DNA from: an uncultured Methanosarcinaceae archaeon
Lineage (GTDB): Archaea; Halobacteriota; Methanosarcinia; Methanosarcinales; Methanosarcinaceae
Reading direction: 5' to 3'
Assembly: GCA_963847185.1 (NCBI GenBank)
Contig: CAWJYV010000008.1
Span: forward strand, 640,001-704,000
Length of the DNA: 64,000 bases
Both the position numbers and the translations under genes were made by a program. How positions within the stretch are numbered: position 1 is the stretch's first letter; every line of letters begins with the position of its first letter. The notes under the pieces are model-generated. The model was given only the letters and a program-made list of their open reading frames with translations, was not told the origin of the DNA and did not search any database. Positions 63,379 through 64,000 of this stretch are shown piece after piece.

Positions 63379-63552
63379 TCACCTGTCATTTCTAGCTATT
63401 TCACGTATTTCTAAAAGTTCGCACAATCTATTCAATGCATATTTCTTTTCGTGTATTATAAATTCTAATTTGTTAACTTCCGCCTCCAACTGTGTAATTT
63501 CAGTTTTTAATTGAAGGACCTGTTCTTTAATAAGATCGTAACTTTGCATCAT
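63379..63552 (-). CDS. Small coiled-coil protein (57 aa)
   Basis: MMQSYDLIKEQVLQLKTEITQLEAEVNKLEFIIHEKKYALNRLCELLEIREIARNDR with a clear heptad pattern and GGCGGT upstream. Confidence 0.5.
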   Translation of the reverse strand: MMQSYDLIKEQVLQLKTEITQLEAEVNKLEFIIHEKKYALNRLCELLEIREIARNDR

Positions 63553-63871
63553 ACCGCCAAACCCAGTATATTATACCCCTTACAATGATGCTTTTTTTAG
63601 ATATAAATCAGATCATGCTAACTTTTAGAAAAATTCACTTAGCCTTGTTACACCATAAATTATCCATTGCTCGGGTTGAAATATACAGTTCAAACTTACC
63701 ATTGCTACCCAATTGAGAATTAAGCCAGATAAAACAATTAAAATTTATACAAGTGCATATCAAGCAGACAGCAGACAATGGATTAGAGATCCTTCTATAT
63801 GAAGATCTCTTTTGAAAAAAAAGAATTAGAATAGATGCATTCCGATCCCTGAGATATTGGATATAATAAAA

Positions 63872-64000
63872 TCAAACATTAGAAGAATCAAATGCATGTA
63901 ATCTGCTGATAATCGGGCCACTTATGAAGGATGTGACAAGCGCCATGAAGATCAAAGCTACAAATATGCGGTCATCAATAAGTCCAGCATCCTTGGCAAT
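63872..64000 (-). CDS. C-terminus of a cation:proton antiporter (CPA2-like), partial
   Basis: IAKDAGLIDDRIFVALIFMALVTSFISGP...* matches the last TM helix of Na+/H+ exchangers. Confidence 0.75.
   Translation of the reverse strand: MAKDAGLIDDRIFVALIFMALVTSFISGPIISRLHAFDSSNV

Noticed and set aside
1-64000. tRNA, rRNA, transposase, integrase or cas genes
   Set aside because: None recognised by eye; tRNAscan-SE and Infernal were not run.

Overview
This window looks like Methanosarcina(ceae) chromosome, judged from gene content, order and the AT-rich repeat-laden intergenic DNA. From the left it carries mre11-rad50, an ornithine-type decarboxylase, rubrerythrin, a giant surface-protein gene with a sarcinarray/MAST partner, YyaL and uppS. 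Next is an unusual carrier-protein cluster: Sfp-type PPTase, ACP, adenylating ligase, PP-loop amidotransferase-like enzyme, NadE paralog, DUF362-ferredoxin and a hexapeptide acyltransferase. The middle holds the conserved core block eif2g-PIN-rpoE1-spt4-DPCK-rps24e-rps27ae, TPR, kae1/bud32 and rdgB, followed by purP-like, egsA and a glycogen cluster. An accessory region runs from about 57.4 kb to the end. Two candidates stand out. (1) Two orphan Methanosarcina-type CRISPR repeats, with no cas genes in the window, bracket a 494-bp foreign-looking segment that holds a complete small gene; a normal 37-nt spacer-like segment follows the second repeat. (2) The archaeal ACP-dependent acyl/amide-transfer cluster. 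I also found several genes that appear to need CTG or ATA starts, two homopolymer frameshifts, and a three-way-junction RNA candidate upstream of eif2g. All family calls come from motif recognition by eye; no searches were run.
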